NCBI GenBank assembly: GCA_976226885.1
Contig: OZ320319.1
Location: 72,168,001-72,232,000 of the forward strand
Direction: 5' to 3'
Origin: Iphione sp. A-MEVVRFRX5
Lineage: Eukaryota
Length of the DNA stretch: 64,000 nt
Positions 1-9,714 of this stretch are shown here, one piece after another (the first letter of the stretch is position 1; every line of letters begins with the position of its first letter). The translations under genes and the position numbers were made by a program. Below the pieces are notes generated by a model that searched no databases, was not told the origin of the DNA, and worked only from the letters and a program-made list of their open reading frames with translations.

Positions 1-725
1 CCAAGTACACAAAAGACACTCTCAAGGCGTGCGGCTTGGATACAGAGTTCACTGCCCACAGCACGAGAGCTGTGGTTTTTACCGAAGGCCGATTAGCCAG
101 GAACAAGTCTTCAGCCGCACGATCCTGGAGAGTGCGCAAACCACATGAACTGTAAATAGCCTAGCGGACCTAGTCCGAGTAGCCAGGTGGTGGTAGTGCT
201 ATGATAGCGTGATTCATCCACTGACATTGACATGTGTTTGAGAAATAAAGGCCTATGGCCAAAATCTTTTCTCAATTTGGGCCTTTGAGTGCCTTTATTG
301 GGGTAGAAGGACTTTGCTCCCGATGACCCCATCGCCTTCGGGCATCACCTTGGGCCTTGCGGCACTCCTCGGAGAGCTGAGCAAGAGTCCAGGTGCCGGG
401 ATACTAGCGCGGTAGACAAAACTTCCCTTGGTATGACGTCACTGACCACGTGATTAATACTCTAATTAAACGAGTTTACGACGTTTGATTAGGATTAATC
501 TAGTGGGAATAGTGACGTCATACTAAGGGCCCGCCCTGGGTAACCTCGAATCCACATTCGCGTAGGACTCGGTTTCCTTCCTCACCCAGTTTTAGCCAGT
601 ATCCCGGCACCAAATATGGCAAATAATGACTAGAAGCGCGCACGGCTCTTCCCTTAGTATGACGTCACTATTCCCACTAGATTAATCCTAATCAAACGTC
701 GTAAACTCGTTTAATTAGAGTATTA
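1..725 (+). mobile_element. 3' end of a DIRS-type (tyrosine recombinase) retroelement, decayed; probably within an intron of the calmodulin-like gene
   Basis: Bases 3-71 translate to KYTKDTLKACGLDTEFTAHSTRA (YR HxxR motif), followed by a frameshifted tail (QVFSRTILES). A perfect 75-bp inverted repeat (455-529 vs 651-725) plus a near-copy of 648-669 at 422-443 match the ICR/right-ITR layout of DIRS elements. Confidence 0.75.
3..71 (+). pseudogene. Tyrosine recombinase fragment (DIRS)
   Basis: FTAHSTRA motif, also seen in the YR at 36967-37167. The frame after the motif lacks a recognisable catalytic Tyr segment. Confidence 0.7.
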
Positions 726-979
726 CCACACACTTCTCACATGCGCACACGCCGCAAGCAATCGAGGAAATCTGGCTTTAGGCTTCCTGTTAACATCCAT
801 GTGGAACTGAACTACTGTGTGCATGCAGAATGGAGGGGTAAATATTATTTAATGATGGGATTTTACCGACCGGAAATGTAGGGGTTGTTTTAGAGGCGAC
901 TTCGTGACCTGAGGTCTTTACCTTAGTGACCCTTGCCAAGAGAAAGAATCAGGTAAATGTGACATTTCACTCCACAATG

Positions 980-1273
980 CTCATTTAAGTGACTTTGTCA
1001 CCCGGACACCTTAAAAATAGCAACAGGGTGTCTACGATGTATCATGAGGGGAATAAATTTATCATTGACTGGACATTGCCTGTTGCATACTTTGTATAAT
1101 ACATTGGAACCTTTATTTCTGACCACTCATCCGGTCAAACTGGTCTTATTAGTGAGTTCAGTCACAAATTGATCACAATTGCTTTAGAAAGTATCACTTC
1201 TGTTCCTATGTCTATTGCTCTTATTAGTGAGAATGGGGAGAAATTGGAGTGGTCGAAAATAGAGGTTCGACTG
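980..1273. mobile_element. Partial Tc1/pogo-like MITE (right end only)
   Basis: Ends AGAGGTTCGACTG followed by TA (1261-1275), resembling the ends of the TA-flanked MITEs at 20575 and 28422. Left boundary uncertain. Confidence 0.4.
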
Positions 1274-1680
1274 TATACATGATGGCTGGCTAGATTATTG
1301 ACTATGTATTGACTTCAGATCAGGAATTCAGCCTACCAGACATTGTCTGTGTTATACTTTGCACAACAAGAGAACTGCCTGTACGTTATTAGCTGAATAT
1401 CATAGGAGGCTACTAGTGACTGTCCAATATAATTTATGTACATAAATTTGTGTGATTTGTTCTCCCTGTTAAGTCCTTGAAGTACTGTTAAGTCTTTGAA
1501 GTACCTTTACTAAATGGAAGGATTTACAAAATTGAGCGTACCCTGAAAAGAACATATTGTGATACAGAGTATTGGTAGAAACACCCCTAATTGTGCATAG
1601 TACTAGCTTGAAAAAAATGAGTTAAAACAAACCACTATGAGCGGGAGGGGGACCCACTGAGGCCCTCACTATATACGTAC

Positions 1681-1824
1681 GGTCCTTGTCTAGTTCAGAC
1701 ATGATGGCGGCCACTTCCTTCTCGGTGGGGTTTCCTCCTAGAATTCTCATCGACGTGAAGAGTTCCTCTCGTGTCACTGTCCCGTCTCCGTTCACGTCAA
1801 ACGTTCGGAAGGCTGCCTGGAACT
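1681..1824 (-). CDS. Calmodulin-like EF-hand protein, coding exon 3 (144 bp, phase 1 to phase 1)
   Basis: Translates to (E)FQAAFRTFDVNGDGTVTREELFTSMRILGGNPTEKEVAAIMSELDKD. Canonical EF loop DVNGDGTVTREE. Acceptor TGCAG, donor GTACGT. Length and phases equal calmodulin exon 3. Confidence 0.95.
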
Positions 1825-2693
1825 CTGCATTCCATAAGATGAGATCAAACAAGATGGTCTTCTTGGAATTATTTGATCCATCCTGATATGTTTTTTTTAC
1901 ATAGTATTTGTGAAATCAGGCAATCCCAACTGTTTCCCATCCATTTACTATGTACTACATATTATATATATATATATATATGAAATAAGGAGTTTATTTA
2001 CATACTGGTATGGAAACACTACATACGTGTTCGCCTAGACAACCACCATATTCTCACAGTGACATGAAGTTTATTATGCAGTGCATTGGTTCGGTGGGTA
2101 GACATTGTTCTAAGCGCAAACGGAAACATTGTATACCCGTTGGTAGGAACTGTAAACTTACCTCCAACATTGTCAAGAAATAGTCGATGGATTTTCATGG
2201 TTTTTAAGGAAACCCCCCGCCCCCACTCACCTTGTACATGACCAGGGTGTGAACTGAACACCCGCAAGCTTCTATGAAGAGATAAAACATTGAACACCTG
2301 ATTCAAAATTCTTACAATATAACCAAAAGTGTTGACCCACACCAAACAGTTTGGACCATTGGCCACTAGGTGTGTGTGAGTTGCAAATCCTATACATGAT
2401 TTTAGGTCAAAGTGAACTGTCAAATAGAAGATATAAAAATGTATGAATATCTATGCATATTTGAAAATGAGTTGAAATTAAATGTATGCAGGGAAGTGCA
2501 TACCATACAGATTTTTGACAGAACTATCACAGTCTAAGTCCCGTTGGAATAAAATGGGTTGTTTAGAGAACTATGTAAAAGGTAACTTTTATTGGGTATG
2601 AATAGAACAAATTCTGTGATATCTGACATTAAAAAGAACCCTCTCGACGAGAAGCTGATTTCACTCGCAGGAATAAATCTGTGCTCAACTCAC

Positions 2694-2733
2694 CCTTTAA
2701 TTGCTCGGGCGTCAAACCCGCCATCGCCTCCGA
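2694..2733 (-). CDS. Calmodulin-like protein, coding exon 2 (40 bp, phase 0 to phase 1)
   Basis: Acceptor TTTGTTTTCCTTTCACAG, exon TCG GAG GCG ATG GCG GGT TTG ACG CCC GAG CAA TTA AAG G, donor GTGAGT. Gives SEAMAGLTPEQLK(E), aligning with calmodulin MADQLTEEQIAE, in frame with exon 3. Not in the supplied ORF track. Confidence 0.9.
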
Positions 2734-3889
2734 CTGTGAAAGGAAAACAAACGGCAATTAGCTTTCATTATATCTATAGCACTTTACGAACGGCAAAACG
2801 AAGTAAAGATATAGCCGTCTGAACGCGTATCAGTCGAAGTATGTTCAGAATCGCGATGGACGCAGGTGCACTGCCTTGGATGGGGAATTAAGTCCCCATA
2901 TTGTAGTGAGTTCTATCTATGTATCAGGAACATTTTATAATGAAATTGAGTGGTTTTCAGGCTTTATACATGTATTACAGATAGTGTCGAACTCAATAAC
3001 TAGACAGGAATAACAATGAATAATGACAACGGATCCGTTATAAAAAAAAATATTACTCGGTAGCCATTGGAGAGGAAAGCCTAACCACGTTTTGACCAAA
3101 AAATTATTTTAGTTACTGGTGACTTTACTTGAACCGAAAACGATCCCACCCCAACCGACCCCATTCTGCAGTCTAATTACGGGTCTGGAACAAACCACAT
3201 ATAAGGAATGAAAGGTGTCTGATCAGAAATGAGTGGGACCCATCGCTTAAGTCTCGATAAACACTTTGAAGAAGCTAAAGCTTCAAGTGAAGGAGAAAAA
3301 CATTCAGTTTTCTTACATCTGTTCCGACGTCTGTTCACAGTATGTTATTAGAGAAGATAAGGCAAAAGAAATGCATCCGAATGAATTGGTATTATGCTGT
3401 TTGAAGACAATTGAAGATGTGTGATATAATAATCCAAAGATCTGGGAGAATAGGAACAGATTTTGCTGCGGACGAAGGGAATGGCAAATTAACGTGACTA
3501 GATGATTATATGCTGTATAAACCTTTTTTGTCAGGTAGGCATGATTGGCAAGAAATGTGTAATTATATGAAACAGGTTTTTTTATCACATATCACAATAT
3601 GAGATACGTCTGAATGTGATTTGTCACAATGATCTAAGTATATGCATCTATAAAGAGCCATACTTTATACTACCAAGTACTGAAGGAGGGGGAGGTAAGG
3701 GAGACTGGAACCGTTTGCATGACCAGGGTGTGAACTTGCCACCATAAAGCTTCTTTGCACAGATAAACATGTTGAATATCTGGTCTCGAAATCATTATAT
3801 TTGTAGCAAAGGAATTGATCCACACCGAAAACAGTTGACCATTGGTCACTAGGTGAGTGTCACTTTTTGAATCCTGTACATGAGTTTCA

Positions 3890-4130
3890 GGCGCTGTTCA
3901 CATATGACCGGACAAAAAATTTGTCCCCGGATCAACATTGCCTCCTATGGAAATCCGCATCCAGGTCCGGACAAAACCCACCCAAGATGGTTTGAGATAC
4001 ACACCCGCATCCGGACGCAGATTTTTCTCCCTACATGTGAAATGGTTCAATAGTATGGTAGGGCTGGTTAAATATCCGTCCCCACATCTGGGCACGGTCC
4101 GTAAAAATCAGGATGCATGTGAACAGGGCC
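3890..4130. mobile_element. PIF/Harbinger-like MITE
   Basis: TIRs GGCGCTGTTCACATATG / GCATGTGAACAGGGCC, flanked by TCA and TAA. The paralogous copy at 2231-2421 approximates the empty site. Confidence 0.75.
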
Positions 4131-5351
4131 TAAGGCAGACAAAGTGAACTGTCTACTGGTCAAGTAGAATAACGTGGACCAGATCGACGTCACAATGTCT
4201 GTATGTTCTTCGTTCAAGTGGCAGCTAGGCGGGCGGGGTGCAAGTAGCAGCATAAACGATTTAAGCGGTCGGGCCTGCTTTAAATCGAGAGGTGGTAATC
4301 ACCTGGGTACGAGGCACTGGGATCAACATCACCACAAATCCCACTGTTCACAGGTCTTGTCAACGCACTGTTAACCTTCTCTCACAGGCATTAAATTAGT
4401 CGTGTTGTGAGCATTGCCTTCTCATAATCAGCCTTTTCATATGGGCTTCACCAGTCCATAACAATTAACACGCCATTAGGCTGGCTGCAGCGGGCCAGTG
4501 AGAACCGGCGGTTAATACCTCCGGGTAGGACAACACGGCTAGGTTTTTGGTCGAAGCCATCCACACACTTTGGGCTTTCACACCACCACACACTCAATCC
4601 TGTTTGACTTGGGGGAGTCCTTCGCTTCCCTCGCGGCGACAAGCGTGCTGGAGTGGTGTATCATCGGGCTGTGTACCTCCGCCTTGTACAATACACGCAC
4701 ACACTTGGAGACATGGTCAAATGCTGCACATATGTGGACACGCCTTGTTAAGATTTTGTGTTTGTGTGTGCTTGAGTTCTTTTTGTTGGTTCGCATGCAC
4801 GCGACTCTATGTATGCGTCTTGAGTATTTATGCTTGGAACTGACCTCTAACAATAAAACACAAACAAGTTTCAGAAAGCCAACGTTTACTTTCAGGTAAC
4901 ACATAAATGTACTTCGTAGACTTAACCATTGTCAGCTTAACACAATCATTGGAAGGCAAAATTTGCTACCTTCGAAAATGTTTCTACGATGCCTGTAAAA
5001 AACGAGATATGATTTCTTTTCCCTCTTTTAATACCTTGTTTAGTCTTTTTACCTTTATTACGTGCTAAAAACGTGGTGATTCACCTCGAAAGATTGAGTG
5101 AGGCTGCCAGACCCGGGGAGTGATGTAAATGTGATTCCCATTTATAAATGATAAAACTGGGACCTGGGTCAGAGATCTGGGCAGGAACACTCCATGACAG
5201 GGTTTGTGTGGTTGCACTGGGGGTTCTAAACTATCTTTGCCATAAACATGTATACAACATAAATGATAGAATTAGATAACATTATAGAAAATACATAAAT
5301 AATAAAATCTTTTCAATGATGAAAGTTAGAATCTTCGTCAACAGGAAATAA

Positions 5352-5681
5352 GGCCTAAAAAAGAGTTATGTGCTTCCAGTAACAAGCCAAAAAAAGAGAG
5401 GGTTGGTCGGTAGGTGGTGTTTTTTTTCAATTTTTTCTTTGTTACCTGATACTGAAAGTCACAAATGTGCATGGCAACACCACTTCTACTGCTTGGATCT
5501 TAACGAAATTGATATCAAATGAAAGCTGGGGTCATAAGAACGAAAATGCTGTATAGAACACATCTTTATCCCTATTCAATCTGAAGATATTCACAAAACA
5601 AGAAACAAACAAAATGTCACAATTGGCCCTAATGAAGGGTCGGTCGGGTTACCGGAAACACAGAACTTTTTTTATTAGGCC
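5352..5681. mobile_element. Non-autonomous DNA transposon, imperfect ~35-bp TIRs, superfamily unassigned
   Basis: Left GGCCTAAAAAAGAGTTATGTGCTTCCAGTAAC vs reverse complement of the right end GGCCTAATAAAAAAAGTTCTGTGTTTCCGGTAAC; flanks TAA/TGA. Confidence 0.65.
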
Positions 5682-6321
5682 TGAGGCGTACTATATGGTG
5701 ATTTCATGTTGAATTCTTATTACTAAAAGCCATTAACCGATATCGGTATTCCTACCCTGGTCTCAATTTACTAGATTTGGGTGTCAAACAGGCCAATGGT
5801 CATATATATGTACGAACATGTACACACCGCAGCGGGCTATTTGTTCCTGGGAAACGTTGATGACTTTCTGAGGCAGTTTTATTGTAGTTTACCTTAGCTG
5901 GGTGTGTTGACGAAAATATCTGAGCTTAAGTATAGGTCAATAACCCGAGCCACTGGCACCCGACGTGCTAACCATAAATGAGCAAGCAATCGAAGTTGGC
6001 AGACCGGGTACCGGCGATTAAGCTACCTGAAGCCTTCTGCCTATTGTAAAACAATCCGCCTTGCTCTGATTCTTGCTCGTATTCATCTCTCTCTCTATAT
6101 ATAAACTCCCTCATTCCCAGTGAGAAGCCTGGAGGTCAGGGGGGACAGTATATTTCATTGACCAGTGTGAATAAACATAACTCTTTACACGCTGTGCTAG
6201 TTTTTTCGGTCGAACCTCCAGAATTCTGAGTTACATGTACTTATTTATGCTGAACAACTTTCCCGCTATGCTTGTTTTCATGTTGTCTGGTGTTTTTTTC
6301 TTATCTGACAAATACAATGTC

Positions 6322-6480
6322 CAGGCCCGTAGCCAAGGGAGTATCGGGGTTATCGCCCGATACCCCCCAAATTATTAATGCCAACAGGCTTTCATAGAGG
6401 TAAAAATAAATAAGTTCCACCTGTGGGGTATTGGGGGCATCGTCTGATACCCCCCAGAAAACGTCATGGCTACGGGCCTG
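6322..6480. mobile_element. hAT-like MITE, 159 bp
   Basis: Perfect 14-bp TIR CAGGCCCGTAGCCA, subterminal GATACCCC motifs, flanking direct repeat ATGTC (5 bp). Confidence 0.85.
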
Positions 6481-7038
6481 ATGTCCGACAATAATTGGAC
6501 GTCAGAAATGTTCGAGGATAATTGATTGTAATGATGGCCGTGTTTATGCAAGGCAAATTAATAATTTGAATTTGAAAGAATTCTCACATCCATCGTACAA
6601 GTACAGCCACCCATCGCTATGGCAAAACTGTTTGGTACCAAGCGATTATGACTGCAATGGTGAGGTGCTGGAATACTGCGGAGTTCCTATATTAAGAAAA
6701 TTCATTCTGTTAAAAAAATGTGCGTGCATTGTGTGGAATAAATAAGGTGACTGGAATAGTGAAGTTTGAGGATAATAAGCGGTCACGGGAGAAGTCCTTG
6801 AGGTCCCGAATGAAAGAAAGAATGAAGAAGGGATAATTTGCATATACAACCTATGTTCAGTTGACATCTACTATAGAACGGCTATTTCAAAGCAGTTGTT
6901 TCAAAGCATGCATGTCCACCCACTCAAACGAAATGAAATGTATATGAAAGCAAAGATGCAGTCTCATGGTATACAGATACGATGAACGGTTGTGGAGTGT
7001 TGGGGGAGGAGATTATCTTGTAACAATAGGTGACTTAC

Positions 7039-7101
7039 CTTGGGCACTTTCACGCTGGCCTCACTGTTTCTCTTGGACTCCCTTCTTCTCCGTGGTGGCA
7101 T
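7039..7101 (-). CDS. Calmodulin-like protein, probable first coding exon (MPPRRRRESKRNSEASVKVPK)
   Basis: GCCATC-ATG context, in-frame upstream stop, perfect donor AAG|GTAAGT in phase 0 matching exon 2. No other ATG on this strand for about 680 nt upstream (7102-7788). Linkage to exon 2 is inferred from phase and position only. Confidence 0.75.
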
Positions 7102-7559
7102 GATGGCTGCTGTATTGGAGGTGTACTGGAAGTGTGTAATAAGAGGGAGAGACGGCCGTTCAGATTCGACTGGGGTTTAATTGTGTTGTTGGTTTTGGGG
7201 CTTCGCCTTGTTCTCCGCGCCGAGAATTTCCCACCCACTGATCCACCGCCACCCACCACCGCTCACTGCAGGACCGTCCGTTGGTGAGAGGTGGAGGAGG
7301 CTCAGGTGGAGGAGGAACAGCAGGATGAGGAGGGGATTCCCTGCTTAATAAGGAGGTGCCACCCTGGAGGAGACACTGGGGTCGAGTGGCTTGTCCTCTG
7401 TGCCCCTGCTCTCTGTCGTTATGCTGTACTCGATGGCAGCTTGCACCAACGGGCTACGGGCTGCCACCAGGCAAGCACGCTGCCGTCGCTAAAGGCCCCA
7501 CCTCCCCCTTAACCCACTGCAAGCGGGAGCTGCTGACAGATTAGTTTTAATGTCGCCGG

Positions 7560-7690
7560 ACGCCAGTGCCGTGTGGTGGACGGTCGGTCGGGCGCTGGTG
7601 GTGTGCGTGACTGATTGGGAGGGCGAGAGCTCACAGACAAGGCAGGAGCTGATTGGTGCAGATTAGGTACCGTAATGGCAGCACGTAGAC
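7560..7690 (-). promoter_or_regulatory. Candidate promoter of the calmodulin-like gene: two CCAAT (NF-Y-type) boxes
   Basis: CCAATCAG twice on the minus strand (plus-strand ATTGG at 7614-7618 and 7652-7656, 38 bp apart), upstream of a GC/CpG-rich, ATG-free leader. Confidence 0.5.
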
Positions 7691-9118
7691 GATAGATAGG
7701 CCACCTGGATACAGAAGTCTTACTCCTCACCCCCGACTCCACCTGACCACAGCACGGGTATAGGAACGGTTGACTTGGTGCTTAACTCCATTCACTAACC
7801 CTGTGGTAGTGTACCTCATGGAGGTGGCCTAACTGGGCATAACTACGGAGAGGCAATTGGAGTCAGTCACCTATCAGGAGCACACAACGGCTTATCCTTA
7901 GGAAAAGACGAAAATTGCTGTTATATGAGACTTGGAAGGAGAAAGGGCATAAAGATATGGGACAAAATAGCCACATTAGCACCGCAGCCCCCCCCCCCTT
8001 CAAAAAAGCAGCTGATTCCGGTGAAAGGGAGTAGGATGATGCCCCTCTTTTCTTGACAGCTATATTTATGGTCGGAGCTATTTGCGGTCAATAGGTTGTA
8101 CTGTTTGACACTACAAGCTGGGTTTTATATATGACGTCGATGCAGCAAAGCTGATCTGATATAGAATAAAACTAGCTGGATTGACGAAATACCCATATGT
8201 ATAAGCTACTTTAGGAGATTCTGACTGAATGTTTTTAAACTAGCGATTTACTGTGTAAACAGGTCCTGAAAGTTATGTTGCTGACTTAGGGTAAATCGAG
8301 CACGTATATGCCGTCCATATTGAGAACAATTAAGACTAAATTCAGCCATTAAGTAAGAATGGGAACACTTTGTGGCACATGAATATCTCCCTTAACGAAG
8401 AAGATGTCATTGTCATCACTTTGTTATGAGAAATGTATTTATCAGAGGTACACTGTTGTTGCTTGAATTTACCTGGTTTCTGACGTGATATATGTTACTT
8501 AAATTATTTGTCCTTGAAGAATTTTAAGTCTGCAATGAGATATTTCCTGATACAAATGCCATGGGCTCTCTCGCCACCTCCTGTGAGACCTCCTCCCCAT
8601 GGCTGGTACTACTTTCAGGCAACGTTTTATACATGTAGCACAGATTGGTAGAAAGTACCCTCATGCTACCAAATCTTTACAGGAAGGCAACTATGGTAGG
8701 ATAGAGATTCCATTCTGAGAAAGAGGCATATCTGTAATAGTTTGCAACTTGCGGAAATCACAAGGGTCATGAAGTAGTTGCAAGTAAACATCGTTTTTGC
8801 TTCTGTAAGTAGATAATAGATGTATATCGCTGTCAACAATTCATATTTAAACTTTATGTGAGATACATATTGCACTGCATTTATATCAAACTTGATCTAA
8901 ATCCATGTAAACCACATGATTAGCACGTTTTAGCTGAACTGGCAGCCAGCAGGGTGATAATTAAGTTGAACGTACTCAAAACCTAACATCGAATTGGTTG
9001 TCGTTAGTAGTTTATACTTCGACTCAATATCTAACATGGAAGTGGGGCCCCAGGCATACTTGGTCGCAAGTTTAGTCTGGATCCAAGCTTATCATCTCGC
9101 ACTGACGACATTGATATA

Positions 9119-9152
9119 TTCAAATTCGAATTCAAATTCAAATTCTTTATTC
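9119..9152 (-). repeat. LINE-type 3' tail (AATAAA plus TTTGAA repeats)
   Basis: Minus strand reads AATAAAGAATTTGAATTTGAATTCGAATTTGAA. A similar tail lies at 10809-10834. Such tails are typical of L2/CR1-group elements. Confidence 0.5.
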
Positions 9153-9642
9153 ACCAATCTCTGAATACGGAGCTTTCCATTCCAAACTTGGAAGTTGAAT
9201 ATTTGAAACAAAATGGACTTTAAACAAGAAACAATCCGTAAGCTTGGTTGCATAAATATTAACAAATAAAACACACAGTCTGTCACACCTCCGCCATGTA
9301 GTAAGTTTCATTTGTCATCAAAGCTCTTCTTTGGGACAGACCAGTCAACTACACATGATCGACATAGTTTTTCACTTCCGTAACCTATAAGTCTCTTCTT
9401 AAAATCACTATAGTCTTCAAAATCGTATCACAGAGCGCATAGATCATAGTACACTTGTATATAAAATCTCATATAAACATGAAAAAACATTAAGCAGAGA
9501 GTTCCTTTAGGTGACAACTCGGGCATTGCAGAGGTTCTACTGTGGTACATGTCAAAAGCAAAGGAAGACCTCAGAAGCCTCAACGTCTTGCAAGGAAGGG
9601 GAAGAAAGGCAGAGAAGGGGAGATAAAGACTGAAAAGAGGCG

Positions 9643-9646
<4 letters not shown>

Positions 9647-9711
<65 letters not shown>
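9647..9711. repeat. (AG)n microsatellite
   Basis: About 32 uninterrupted AG units. It produces the spurious ERER ORF at 9542-9760. Confidence 0.97.

Positions 9712-9714
<3 letters not shown>

Larger units (their letters stand above)
2231..4151. repeat. Diverged direct duplication of about 190 bp (2231-2421 and 3718-4151); second copy interrupted by a MITE
   Basis: Shared blocks CATGACCAGGGTGTGAACT, GACCATTGG(C/T)CACTAGGTG and CAAAGTGAACTGTC in the same order. Indels between the copies break the reading frame. Confidence 0.75.

Noticed and set aside
1291-1390. GCTGAATTCCTG (AEFL) on the minus strand as a possible calmodulin-like exon 4
   Set aside because: Flanked by in-frame stops, with no suitable acceptor or GxIDF motif. 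Exon 4 presumably lies left of the window.
2019-2423. 134-aa minus-strand ORF
   Set aside because: No recognisable family, and its paralogous copy at 3718-4151 has frame-breaking indels. Kept only as a possible source of cryptic donors.
4174-4230. SCHLNEEHTD resembling calmodulin ADQLTEEQIA
   Set aside because: The only nearby donor is phase 0 and weak. A far better exon 2 exists at 2694-2733.
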